DNA of 64,000 nucleotides, taken from the NCBI GenBank assembly GCA_963803145.1, contig CAWDLW010000020.1, positions 153,515 through 217,514 on the forward strand. The letters run 5' to 3'. This DNA comes from Methanotrichaceae archaeon. Its GTDB lineage: Archaea > Halobacteriota > Methanosarcinia > Methanotrichales > Methanotrichaceae. Under the pieces are notes generated by a model, which had not been told where the DNA came from, did not search any database, and worked only from the letters and a program-made list of their open reading frames with translations. Both the position numbers and the translations under genes were made by a program. Shown here in pieces: positions 29,401-38,216 of this stretch (within the stretch, counting starts at the first letter, position 1; every line of letters begins with the position of its first letter).

Positions 29401-31894
29401 AGCATCAAACCCTGGAAAGGATGCTCTGAGATACCAATTTGAATTGAAAAAGGAAGGTTCCGATTTCAAAGTTACCAGGGAATTTTCTGCTATGCCGATC
29501 TGGACCTGGGAGCCGAAAGAGGCAGGGAACTATGAGATTAAAGGTGTGGCTCAAAACAGCAAGGGACAGACGGCAGTCAAGGTAATCGATTATTCCATTA
29601 CTGGCAGCAAAGAGAATGAGATCAAGTTCAATGGCACATTGTATCGCAGCAATGCGCCAATGGGCTTTGCAGTTTATTACTTCAAAGTTGACAAGATTCT
29701 CGAAGGAGCCAATATCCCAGTAGGCGATCCCATTGGCGTGGACATATATGATGATTCGAAGCCGCTTGGCGAAAGAGGCCATGCTGACTCACTCCGAGAA
29801 GGAGATAAGGCAGAGGTCTATGCCAGCATCGACACAGATAAAGGCAAGTGGAATGATGGATATGAGATAGCTTGGCTAGCGGGCATAACCGGAGATAAGA
29901 AATATTACATTAATAAAATCGGATCTGGGAATGAACCTCCGAAGCTTCTCTTCTTGGAGCCGGATAAGCCCAGTCCGCAGAATCCCAATACGCAAATAAC
30001 CTGGATGGCAAAGGCGGAAGATCCTGATAATGATATCATAAGTTACAGGTTTGAGCTAAAAGGACCATCCTCTCATGATTATAAGGTGGTCAAAGACTGG
30101 TCTCAGGAGAATACCTGGACCTGGAATGCAGGAAATGATGATACAGGCAATAATACCATTCGTGTCCAGGTAAAAGACGGCAAACATGGAGACGTTGATG
30201 ACGAGGCATATGCCAATTATACAATAGAACCCAAATTGGAAGATATCAGGTTCATTGGTACCTGCTATCGTAATCAAACGGTCATAGGGTTTAGGGCATA
30301 TTACTTCAAAGCTGATAAGATCCTCGAAGGTCCAGACATTCCAAAAGATGACTTGATAGCCGTATATACATATGAGAGTAAGTATGCTCCCGATCACGGA
30401 GGCAGCTATGATGCCCTCGATCAAGGAGATCAAGCAGAAGTTTATGCTAGCATCGATACATCCAAAGGCAAGTATAACACTGGATTTGAGACGGCATGGC
30501 AATCTAGTATAGTGGAAGATAAGAGATATTACGTCAAGAAGATTACACCTGAGCTGGAAATAAATGTCTCGACCGATAAGCCAGAGTATGAAATTGGTGA
30601 TGAAGTAAACATAAATTATGAGACGAACATTGAAAACGCTGGCCGAAGGATAACTGTTAGTTCTGTGCCTGGGACACAAACGCCTTCTTTCAGCAAAGAA
30701 TTCAGTGAGAATGATTTAGCAAGCGAAAAGAGTGGAACCTGCAAGCTCGAAATGGATGAGCCTGGAATCTATGTTGTAAAACTAGAGGCGTGGATAGGCA
30801 ATGAACATAAAGATGTTGAATGCAAATTCGTAGTAAATGAGCTAAAAATAGAAGTTTCCACAGATAAACAAGAGTATAACGTAGGTGAGGAAACAACTAT
30901 TAATTATAATATTAATATAGGTGATGCTCATCGTCAAATTGTAGTAGACTCAATACCAGGGTCCCAAACCTCAGGTTTCTCTAAGACTTTTACTGATGAT
31001 ACTTTTTCAAAGGATAAGAGTGGGGCTAAAAAGCTAATTTTGAATATTCCAGGAACATATGAAGTTAAATTTGATGCGTGGACCACCAAACAAAATCTTG
31101 AAGAAATAATCGATTTCAATGTCGTTGGGAATGAAGGATCAAAACCGCCATCGCAATGGACCTACGAATTAACCAGAAACCAATACTTCTCCAAAGTAAG
31201 GGGTGATATAATCGAGATTGAACCCCTAGAGTATAACGAAATCGATGATAAGCATGTAGCGGTAGATATCAAGGTTACAAACACTAGATCAACCAGATAT
31301 AATGTGGAGACATATAAAGGTCCCTCTATAGGCGAGAATTTCTACGATAGAACGTTTACTCTCACGGAGTCTAATTCAGACACTGGTTCAAACGAAATAA
31401 CTATTCGAGCTGTTCGAGGTCTAAAATGTAGCGATCCAAGACTATCAAACAATCCGAAACTATCAAATGCATACGTTGCCACGATAGACGTCAATGTTGA
31501 TTATGGTACATATTTTTTGGAGCATGTAATTGGATTATTGGGAATGAAAGGAGTTAAGAGCTGCAAACCAACAACAGAAACGCTTGTGACGATAAAAGAT
31601 GGAATAAAAAGCGAGTCATTCCCTAATGAACCCATGTCAGATGTTAGCTTACAAGATTGGGCCTTAAAATCTAAGGATTATTTTGTAAATCATCCCGATG
31701 TTCTCGTAAAAGCAGTTGGCGAATGTGGAGTTGATTATGCAGCGGGTCAGCTGTTAGATTTATTAACAGGAACTATTTATTCTAAATTAACGGAGATAAT
31801 CGCTTTAGTACAAAATGCGGTACAATCTTTCACAGAACCTTCAGAAGAGACTGTTACGATATATTTCTACAAGGGAGACCCAAAGTTGACGTAA
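23423..31894 (+). CDS. Giant secreted Cys-rich protein: 14 carboxypeptidase-regulatory-like repeats plus Ig-like domains
   Basis: Signal peptide; 14 units of G.ISG(K/H)V...TD..GQY....CP...Y.ITC.A.GY; six TD(K/T)..Y..G(E/D) domains; two YYFK.DKILEG domains. Confidence 0.9.
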   Translation: MMLLKLSLFSQAKRNSKALGLLLVIICLLSIGQANATCSVSTDKSQYNLGETVTFQFSVDCDCTASLAIVLPDGSGGVFYSEDVTAGTHQTSGTASEPCGTHTVILKVSCNGGVPNKPKPNYYLADSSSSNSCEAECTYDVICPQPSGCTETYRCNNNVAERLCYQNGNQYWQVSDDCNAYSPQRQCVNGNCVDVTPPQPSCNQQACQSKSGPIDQPYIRDGKMYQRYRECNCVGGNCQCSQVEKEVPCTGIISGKVTDSSSGTPISGASIVIGSWSGTTNANGAFSSYQAFCPSTTYVLTCSAQGYVPISQDVVTDGNGNAYVPLTLQLSCSGTISGHVSDINTKSPIPGATLLICPSGGDCWSPPPVDSTGLYSSGGKACPSTTYDVTCSVEGYKSSTQTVTTDNKGNAWQDFKLEPNCQGEISGHVSDFENKSPIIGATLLICKKGGDCWSPAPVDSTGLYSSGKQVCPSTSYDLTCSAEGYNSSTLSVTTDDKGNAWQDFKLKRNCQGILSGKVLNSITNEPVQGANLLICQNGKCFDPVITDSSGQYTLSGLCPLTDYEITCSAEGYKTYENTGTTKDDGNSLHEILLEPDCQGTISGKVLDATTKATIQGANLLVCTNGKCMDPVITDSEGQFSLSKVCPSISYDITCSASGYITYQSTNTTDDKGNSLHEILLEPECKGAISGKVLDGLTNNPVQGASITICHSGKCSDPVTTDSAGQYSFNKGCPSSDYEITCSASGYQTYKNTGKTDEKGNSLHEILLERELTIKVWTDKTEYKAGEEVTIHYETSIESAGRRISITSTGSQTPPFNQVFGENTFAKEKSGTRKFTPNKAGTYEIKLEAWTDNDKKEDQCTITVCGGTISGKVLNSLTNKPVQGATIAICINGNCSKPIVTDASGQYSSNGFCPAINYDITCSASGYQTYKGSSYTDESGNSLHEILLEPECKGTISGKVLNSHTNKPVQGATITFCVNDKCLDPVTTDSAGQYSKNGCPSTSYNVTCSAPGYKDNQGVTNTDGNGNAVYEIQLEPECKGTISGKVLNSLTNNPVQGAKITICQDVYNKCSDPVITDSSGQFVYSKGCSVMGYKITCSADGYKTYQDSSNTDDDGNSLHEILLEPEGQGAISGKVLNSLTNKLVKGATVTICVNGKCLDPVTTDSAGQYSKKGYPSIDYEITCSASGYQNYTNTGKTDEKGNSLHEILLEPNCQGTISGKVLNSRTNKPVQGASVKICQSSRCSDPITTDEAGQYSMNKGYPSVDYNITCTAQGYITYQKTGVTDDKGNSLHEILLEPNCNGMISGKVINGLTNKPIQGASVKICQYGKCSDPVITGSSGQYSFNKGCPSISYNITCLAKGYKDYSDTGITDDSGNSLNEILLEPDCSGKISGKVLDGLTNKPIQGASIKVCQSGRCSDPVTTDSAGQYSLNKGCPSIDYNITCTAQGYETVTEPGNTDEKGNSPHDFLLEPICDGTISGKVLDGQTNLPVQSASIKICQHGRCSDPVITDSSGQYSFNKGCPSIDYNITCTAQGYETVTESGNTDNKGNSPHDFLLEPSLALKISTDTTEYKTGENVIIHYETGVENAGRRITVMEQGTKTTLFTKTFGENDFQKEKSGTRNLTIDKPGTYMVKLEAWTSKEHKDASCKFNVSEKDLALKIWTDKTEYKVGDEATIYYQTGAENAGRRIIVSLNGTPVTTFGENNFPKEANGTKKLTLNKSGAYTAKLQAWTSKESKDASCEFNVVENRQPIIISISASPKSPQQLFTIKTIGIVLVLTKASDPDNDSLQYKFELRKKGEDFKVTQDFSAMPLWIWEPQDSGEYEIRGTVTDGKSEVNQIINYSIINRPPVFWMSLEPPIQAQVGTKVNCSVTAFDLDSDTIQFKFWLKGPSTNNQWQAKTDWISIPTDGFFSDYTWNWMPGPTDVGKNEIDVWVRDGSHAGPDAYDAHNVSSYEIVNTTGPNGAQFEITSLKALPQSPQELLKSPKIMCSIQASNPGKDALRYQFELKKEGSDFKVTREFSAMPIWTWEPKEAGNYEIKGVAQNSKGQTAVKVIDYSITGSKENEIKFNGTLYRSNAPMGFAVYYFKVDKILEGANIPVGDPIGVDIYDDSKPLGERGHADSLREGDKAEVYASIDTDKGKWNDGYEIAWLAGITGDKKYYINKIGSGNEPPKLLFLEPDKPSPQNPNTQITWMAKAEDPDNDIISYRFELKGPSSHDYKVVKDWSQENTWTWNAGNDDTGNNTIRVQVKDGKHGDVDDEAYANYTIEPKLEDIRFIGTCYRNQTVIGFRAYYFKADKILEGPDIPKDDLIAVYTYESKYAPDHGGSYDALDQGDQAEVYASIDTSKGKYNTGFETAWQSSIVEDKRYYVKKITPELEINVSTDKPEYEIGDEVNINYETNIENAGRRITVSSVPGTQTPSFSKEFSENDLASEKSGTCKLEMDEPGIYVVKLEAWIGNEHKDVECKFVVNELKIEVSTDKQEYNVGEETTINYNINIGDAHRQIVVDSIPGSQTSGFSKTFTDDTFSKDKSGAKKLILNIPGTYEVKFDAWTTKQNLEEIIDFNVVGNEGSKPPSQWTYELTRNQYFSKVRGDIIEIEPLEYNEIDDKHVAVDIKVTNTRSTRYNVETYKGPSIGENFYDRTFTLTESNSDTGSNEITIRAVRGLKCSDPRLSNNPKLSNAYVATIDVNVDYGTYFLEHVIGLLGMKGVKSCKPTTETLVTIKDGIKSESFPNEPMSDVSLQDWALKSKDYFVNHPDVLVKAVGECGVDYAAGQLLDLLTGTIYSKLTEIIALVQNAVQSFTEPSEETVTIYFYKGDPKLT

Positions 31895-31955
31895 GTAAAA
31901 AAATTTGTAGAGTCTACTAAGGGCGTATTATACTACTGGCGAGAGGCGAGAGTGG

Positions 31956-32966
31956 ATGAGGCAGGACCTGAAAATGCTGATGGTTGTAGTATTGCTATTT
32001 TTTATCCGGGGAGTGACCGCAGAGGAAGTGCCAGATGGAACCATATATGGGCATGTCTATGATGCCGATACTAAGCAGCCGCTATCTCAGGCTTTTGTAT
32101 ACTGCCAGGATACCAATTGCCCTAAACAAACGACCGATAAAGATGGATATTATACCATTGCAGGGTGTTTTTCACCCTCTACTTCGTACATTATTAAGTG
32201 TACTAAGTTCGGCTATGAGTCATCCAGTAAGACGGTTGTAACAGATAAACAGGGAAAGGCTGAAGAATCTTTTTCTATTAAGAAAGCCACCGAAAAAGAA
32301 AATTCAATTAATGCGCAGTCATGGATCTCAAAAGGAGATGATTTAAACAATCAAGGCAATTATGAGGGTGCCGCTGAAGCCTATGCAAAGGCTATAGCGC
32401 TTAATCCTTCCTTAGAAAACGATCAATGGTTCAAAATAGGTTTTGCATTTCTGATGGCGAAAAAATATCAAGAGTCCATTGACGCCTACAACAAAGTATT
32501 GGAATCAGATCCATCAGATACAGAAGCATTGCTGTGGATAGGTATAGCCCTTCGCGATTCTGGCAAAAAAGACGAAGCTATAAAATATTTCGATAAAGTC
32601 ATAAATGAAAATCCACATCATTCAAAGGCTTGGAACAATAAGGCAATATGTCTAATGGAGTTAGGAAATCAGGAAGAAGCAATCCAATGCTATGATAGAG
32701 CTATCGAATACGCCGAGGATGATAGTGATGCTTCCGCTTATTCAGATAACAAAGGAAATGCTCTCTTTAAGATGGGAAGGCATGAAGAGGCACTTAAGGC
32801 GTATGATAAGGCCATTGAATTAGCTCCAAGATATGGAAATCCCCAGTTTGATAAAATTGTAGCGCTTAGAAAGCTTGGTCGAGAAGATGAAGCTAACCAA
32901 TTGCAAAATAAATATGGTTGCACTACAGAAGATTTAGAAATTTGGGAAAAGAATTGGGGATCTTAA
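31956..32966 (+). CDS. Secreted shared N-module plus TPR repeats
   Basis: DGTIYGHVYDADTKQPLS module, then TPR-like AWNNKA...EEAIQCYDRAIE units. Confidence 0.88.
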   Translation: MRQDLKMLMVVVLLFFIRGVTAEEVPDGTIYGHVYDADTKQPLSQAFVYCQDTNCPKQTTDKDGYYTIAGCFSPSTSYIIKCTKFGYESSSKTVVTDKQGKAEESFSIKKATEKENSINAQSWISKGDDLNNQGNYEGAAEAYAKAIALNPSLENDQWFKIGFAFLMAKKYQESIDAYNKVLESDPSDTEALLWIGIALRDSGKKDEAIKYFDKVINENPHHSKAWNNKAICLMELGNQEEAIQCYDRAIEYAEDDSDASAYSDNKGNALFKMGRHEEALKAYDKAIELAPRYGNPQFDKIVALRKLGREDEANQLQNKYGCTTEDLEIWEKNWGS

Positions 32967-33023
32967 CTCCTATCATTTATTATGCTGAAGAGAGGTTTGT
33001 GAGTAGTTAGGGGTTGGAATAAG

Positions 33024-33797
33024 ATGAAATTAGGCGGAATTTCTTTAGTTATGCTACTTGTCATATGTGTCAATGGTGTAGTAATTGCTGAAGATGGCTC
33101 AACATCTGGAGGCTTAATCTATGGTCACGTCTACGATGCTGATACTAAGCAGCCGCTATCTCAGGCTTGGGTGTATTGCCAAGATATTAAAACCCCAAAA
33201 GAGATAACTGATAGCCAGGGATATTATGCCATTAAAGGCGATTTCTTGCCTTCAAAGACCTATAATATCGAATGCACTAAGTAAGGCTATAAATCAACCC
33301 AAGTTAGCTCGACGACAGACGAAAACGGCAAAGCGAGGGCAGATATTTATTTGGAATCTAGTTCATCTAAAAGCGATGCTGGCGCATCAGCTTCATTTAC
33401 CTCATTACCATTGAATGTGACTCCATCAGCAAGCAGAACCCTGCCAATAAATATCACTGTACCGAATGATATCAACTTGCATCGAGATAATAGTTACTCA
33501 ATCTCAGGCAAAGTATTCGATCCCAATAGAAATGAAAATGTTGATGCTAATGATAATGGTCTTTCCGGCTGGTTGATTAATCTGGAGCAACCTGCAGGTA
33601 TAGTTATCGCTAATGCTACAAGTAACGGTGCCGGGGATTATGCTTTCAGCGGCCTGAACCCAGGGATATACGTTATCTATGAGGTTCTCCCCACAGGCTG
33701 GGCTGCGGTTATGCCTGCTGATGGCAAATATACTGTAAATTTGACGGATAGTGACTTAACGGGTCTCAACTTTGCAAATAAAGAGATATCCACTTGA
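33024..33797 (+). pseudogene. Shared N-module plus SdrD-B/Cna-B-like domain, with an in-frame TAA at 33282-33284
   Basis: ECTK*GYK versus paralog CTKFGY/CAKYGY/CTKHGY; ORFs 33024 and 33351 are in the same frame. Confidence 0.85.
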
Positions 33798-33972
33798 TTA
33801 TTCAGCAACAGGTCTATCGCTGATTCAGTGAAGCCAAGGATAATTTGCAATACTTTCAGCTAGGATCTGTAATATTATATTTTAATTATTATTTATAGAT
33901 TGTAATAACTCTGCGTATTCTTTAGAAAGGATTAAGTGCCGAGCGCTGTTTATATGATCAGAGGCTGGGCTG

Positions 33973-34743
33973 ATGAGAAAGGACCTGAAAAGGCTAATGG
34001 TTATAGTATTGCTGTTTTTCTTGTGGGAAGTGACTGCAGAGGAAGTACCAGATGGCACCATCTATGGGCATGTATATGATGCCCAAACTAAGCAGCCGCT
34101 ATCTCAGGCTTTCGTGTATTGCCAGGGGATTAATTCACCAAAGGAAACAACCGATAGCCAAGGATATTACGCAATAGAAGGCGGCTTTATAGCTTCTGAG
34201 ACGTATTTTATAGAGTGTGCCAAATATGGTTATAAATCGGATAAGAAAAGTATAACAACAGATTTGAATGGAATTGGAGAAATGGATTTTTATTTAGGGA
34301 CTGGAGATATATTTGGCAAATCACCAGAAGCTCAATCAGCATCTCAGAAAAATATACAGAATATTCAAAACCAAAAGTCAGGAGATATCAAGGGTGGATT
34401 GCCAGGAATAATGATTATTTCTCCAGAAGAGGGCTCTACAATTCCTTCAGGCAATATCATTGTCTCAGTCAGTGTCACTAACTTCTCTCTTGTGAACAAG
34501 CTAGGAGCTAGTAGTATCCCGAGAGAAGGGCATCTTCATTACTATATGGATGTCCCTGTTCCAACAACCCCGGGCAAACCAGCTGTTACCGCCACTGGAA
34601 CCTTCGCGCCAAAATATGAAACTGCATTTACATGGCCAAGTGTTGCCCCGGGCAAACACAAATTCACTGTTCAGCTTGTGAACAACGACCACACTCCAGT
34701 AATACCCCTGGTTTATGCCACGGTTAATGTTACTGTGATATAA
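33973..34743 (+). CDS. Secreted shared N-module plus His-containing beta-sandwich domain
   Basis: Module, then EGHLHYYMD...GKHKFTVQLVNNDH. Confidence 0.82.
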   Translation: MRKDLKRLMVIVLLFFLWEVTAEEVPDGTIYGHVYDAQTKQPLSQAFVYCQGINSPKETTDSQGYYAIEGGFIASETYFIECAKYGYKSDKKSITTDLNGIGEMDFYLGTGDIFGKSPEAQSASQKNIQNIQNQKSGDIKGGLPGIMIISPEEGSTIPSGNIIVSVSVTNFSLVNKLGASSIPREGHLHYYMDVPVPTTPGKPAVTATGTFAPKYETAFTWPSVAPGKHKFTVQLVNNDHTPVIPLVYATVNVTVI

Positions 34744-34802
34744 TATCAACGACGGAGTTAAAATGGCAAACCTATTCGAAGCAATATAATGGGGTAAGGG
34801 CA

Positions 34803-35714
34803 ATGAAATCTATTGCAATCAGTCTGATTATGCTTTGGATCGCTGTAATCAATACAGTGGCAGCTGAGGATCAATCCATGCCCGATGGCACCATCTATGG
34901 GCACGTATATGACGCTCAGACCAAGCAGCCATTATCAAATGCCTGGGTGTATTGCCAGGAGGTTAAGTGCCCCAAGCAATTGACAGATAGCAATGGATAC
35001 TACGCCATAGAGAATTGCTTCTCGCCTTCAAGCACTTATGTTATTGATTGCACAAAAAATGGTTATCCAACAGCTAAAAAAACAGTTGAAACGGATTCTA
35101 GCGGCAAAGCCGAAATTGATTTTATTTTAAGTAATGCGCCAAATCCTTCGCCAAACACTGAAGCAGACGATGCCTATGCCAAAACCAAGGAACCGGCAAC
35201 GACTAGCTATATCAACTTTACAAAAGAGGCCGAATTTCAATACATGCCAGCAAGCCAGAACGGCAGCAGTGAGACAAAATGGGTGCCATGTGACACCGAA
35301 TCTAATGACAGCAATGATTGGGTGAAACTTACTGACCGCAATGGAACGACATATTGGGTGAAACGTCTCTGCGTCCAGAATTATAATGTATCATCAATCG
35401 GGACTGCCATCACATCAGCGGGCTCCACAAATGCTAATGGCATCAGGTTGTTTGGCTATATACATGATGTCGAAAGCGATATGCCAATTAATGGTGCACG
35501 AGTAGTTGCAACAGATCAAGCAGGTAATAGCTTAACGGCTGTTACAGATATGAATGGATATTTTACTTTAAATCTATTGAAAAATGTCCAATATACCGGC
35601 AATGTTGGAGCAGATGGATATCTCAATCTTCCAATTGAAATAATGTTATCAAGTGCTGAATTTCCCGAAAAAGTACTAGGGCCCGAGACGATGAAGCTTA
35701 CGCCTCGGGATTAG
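34803..35714 (+). CDS. Secreted shared N-module plus a second carboxypeptidase-regulatory-like domain
   Basis: Module, then LFGYIHD...PINGARV...TDMNGYF. Confidence 0.82.
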   Translation: MKSIAISLIMLWIAVINTVAAEDQSMPDGTIYGHVYDAQTKQPLSNAWVYCQEVKCPKQLTDSNGYYAIENCFSPSSTYVIDCTKNGYPTAKKTVETDSSGKAEIDFILSNAPNPSPNTEADDAYAKTKEPATTSYINFTKEAEFQYMPASQNGSSETKWVPCDTESNDSNDWVKLTDRNGTTYWVKRLCVQNYNVSSIGTAITSAGSTNANGIRLFGYIHDVESDMPINGARVVATDQAGNSLTAVTDMNGYFTLNLLKNVQYTGNVGADGYLNLPIEIMLSSAEFPEKVLGPETMKLTPRD

Positions 35715-35956
35715 TTTACTACACATCCTGATACAGTCTGAGAGATTTGCAGCTTTGACCTCAGGATGACAACCGTAGGCAAATTGGATTCTTCGTGCTT
35801 CTGAAATGCCGATATCTTATTGATCAAGACAGACTCAGAAGGTAATTGTGAATGATTAGCTATCCCACTACCGCGAGGATTGACACCTTTGATGATAATT
35901 CCGATAATTTGATAAGCTATAAGCTAGCAAGCATTTGCCATAAGTAGGCTGGGAGA

Positions 35957-37138
35957 ATGAGGTCCGCCGCAATCTGCCTTGTATTGCTTACAATTGCTGC
36001 GATTGATCTAGTAGTAGCAGAGGATCAATCCGTGCCAGATGGCACAATCTACGGGCATGTCTACGATGCCGATACAAATCATCCGCTATCTCAAGCTTTC
36101 GTTTATTGCCAGGATATCAAGTGCTCGAAGCCGACGACCGACAGCACAGGCTATTATGCCACTGATTCTTGTTTCTCGCCATCCAAAACCTATACAATTC
36201 AATGTACCAAGCATGGATACGAAACAGCAACAAAAAGCGTAACGACGAATCAGGATGGCAAAGCTGTAGCTGACTTTAATTTGGAGCCGGAGGGTTCTAA
36301 ACCAGCTAATGTGCAAGCAAATCAAATATCACCTGATTCTGGTTTAATTACTAACCCACAAGATGCTGAAATCTGGATCAACAAAGGAAGGGATTTTGAA
36401 CGAGTGGGTAAATACAACGATTCAGTAGATGCATATAATAGAGCTATCGAGATCAATCCTAATTTAGCAGAGGCTTGGCTAGATAAAGTTGTCCCCCTTG
36501 ATAACATGGGCAAACACAGCGACGCCATGCAGGCTATAGACAAGGCTATCGAAATCGATCCCAATTTTTCAAGTGCCTGGTACTTGAAAGCACAATCACT
36601 AATTGATCAGAAAAATCCCGAGGATGCCATTAAAGCGTTTAATAACGCAATTGAAATCGACCCACGCTCTCCTCAAGCACTATCTTCCAGTATTTACATA
36701 GGTTTTGCTCTTATGGATCAGGGTGAGTATGATGAGGCCATTAAGATATACGACAAAATTATCGCGATCGATCCGAATTCTATTGAGAATATATTAGATA
36801 ACAAAGGATATGCCCTCAGTCACGTAGGCAAGTATGACGAGGCTCTGCAAGCTTTCGATCTAGCTATAGGAATCAATCGAAACAATTATGAAACTTCTGA
36901 TGCATGGGAGGGCAAAGGCGATGTATTTAGATCACAGAATAAATATGAGGATGCTATTAAGTGCTATGACGAGGCCATCAGAATCAATTCGGATAATAGT
37001 ATTGCTTGGGAAAACAAAGGATTAGCTCTTCAAAAACTTGGTCGAACTTCGGAATCAGATGCTGCCTTTGCCAAGGTCAAAGAGTTGAAACGGCTAGGTA
37101 AGTTCATGGAGGCTGACTATCAGCCAAGCTCCAAATAG
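35957..37138 (+). CDS. Secreted shared N-module plus TPR repeats
   Basis: Module, then about seven TPR units (AIEI(N/D)P...AW..K). Confidence 0.88.
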   Translation: MRSAAICLVLLTIAAIDLVVAEDQSVPDGTIYGHVYDADTNHPLSQAFVYCQDIKCSKPTTDSTGYYATDSCFSPSKTYTIQCTKHGYETATKSVTTNQDGKAVADFNLEPEGSKPANVQANQISPDSGLITNPQDAEIWINKGRDFERVGKYNDSVDAYNRAIEINPNLAEAWLDKVVPLDNMGKHSDAMQAIDKAIEIDPNFSSAWYLKAQSLIDQKNPEDAIKAFNNAIEIDPRSPQALSSSIYIGFALMDQGEYDEAIKIYDKIIAIDPNSIENILDNKGYALSHVGKYDEALQAFDLAIGINRNNYETSDAWEGKGDVFRSQNKYEDAIKCYDEAIRINSDNSIAWENKGLALQKLGRTSESDAAFAKVKELKRLGKFMEADYQPSSK

Positions 37139-37430
37139 AGATTGGGGTTATGAAGTTATTCCAGTACTAACCTCCAAATCGCAGAAATCTGAGAAAGAAA
37201 GGTTTCTTTTAGCAAGGAACCATCAGTGAGAGTACTTTGGAAAAAATACCTCGCCGATGATCAAATCGTAGGATGTATCAATGAGATTGGCGTGAGGTAT
37301 GTCATTAACTACCGTGAGAGTGTTCGCTAGGCTAGATAAGAATTATGAACACTTCCTTAGTGATGCATGTTGTGAATATCGCTCGCTCTATCAGCGAAAA
37401 CTCTTTCTACGATTTCTGCTCAAGAGTGGT

Positions 37431-38177
37431 ATGCAACAGAGCATCAATACCTGTCCTAAATCAACATCCTCCGACAGATCTCGCGCTATATATCTCTCAA
37501 CGCCCATCAATGCCCTAGTCGAAGGGATCTTCGAGGAAAATGTACCCTTTGCCGAGATAAAGCAGCACGGAGACTTCGGTCTAGGCACCTTCAATGACCT
37601 GGATGGAGAGATGATGATGCTCGATGGAATAGTTTACCAGATCAACTCTGAAGGCCATGTCAATATTATAGGTGAAGAAGCTCTCACACCATTCGCCTGC
37701 GTTACGTTCTACAGATCTGTATGCTATGATGGCATAGAACACGAAATGGATTACAATTCCTTCATCGATATGCTTAACGGTCTTATTCCATCAACCAATC
37801 TGTTTTACGCTATAAGAGCTGAAGGATTATTTTCCTATATCAGAACGCGATCTGTGCCGAAACAGGAGAGCTACCGTCCTATTGCCGAGGCCACAAAGGC
37901 CCAACGTACCTTTGAATTTCAGAACATTAAGGGAACCATTGCAGGATTCTTCACACCATCCTTCATGGCATCTCTAAATGCTCCTGGATTCCACTTGCAT
38001 TTCCTCTCTTCCGACCTCTCGCATGGGGGCCACCTTTTGGAATGCAGACCATCAAATGCAGAGATCGGCATCCAATTCATCGATAGATTGGAGCTCTCCC
38101 TGCCGATGACCCTCGATTACTTGACTCAGGATTTCAACCTCGACGTAAAGAAGGATTTGGAGAAGGCAGAAAGGTAA
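37431..38177 (+). CDS. budA: Alpha-acetolactate decarboxylase
   Basis: HGDFGLGTF..LDGEM, RTRSV, GFHLHF and GGHLL motifs; ATG 37431 preferred as start. Confidence 0.9.
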   Translation: MQQSINTCPKSTSSDRSRAIYLSTPINALVEGIFEENVPFAEIKQHGDFGLGTFNDLDGEMMMLDGIVYQINSEGHVNIIGEEALTPFACVTFYRSVCYDGIEHEMDYNSFIDMLNGLIPSTNLFYAIRAEGLFSYIRTRSVPKQESYRPIAEATKAQRTFEFQNIKGTIAGFFTPSFMASLNAPGFHLHFLSSDLSHGGHLLECRPSNAEIGIQFIDRLELSLPMTLDYLTQDFNLDVKKDLEKAER

Positions 38178-38216
38178 AATAACTTCTCCATACGACTTGA
38201 GGTTCAGTGATTAGTA

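Noticed and set aside
33282-33284. Pyrrolysine or selenocysteine read-through of the in-frame stop
   Set aside because: The codon is TAA, not TAG or TGA, and paralogs have ordinary residues there
23423-37138. Diversity-generating retroelement acting on the repeats
   Set aside because: No reverse transcriptase in the window, and I saw no template/variable pair with adenine-specific differences
37431-38177. Acetolactate decarboxylase as a novel pathway
   Set aside because: A recognisable enzyme with no linked acetolactate synthase or butanediol genes here; nothing in the sequence suggests novelty
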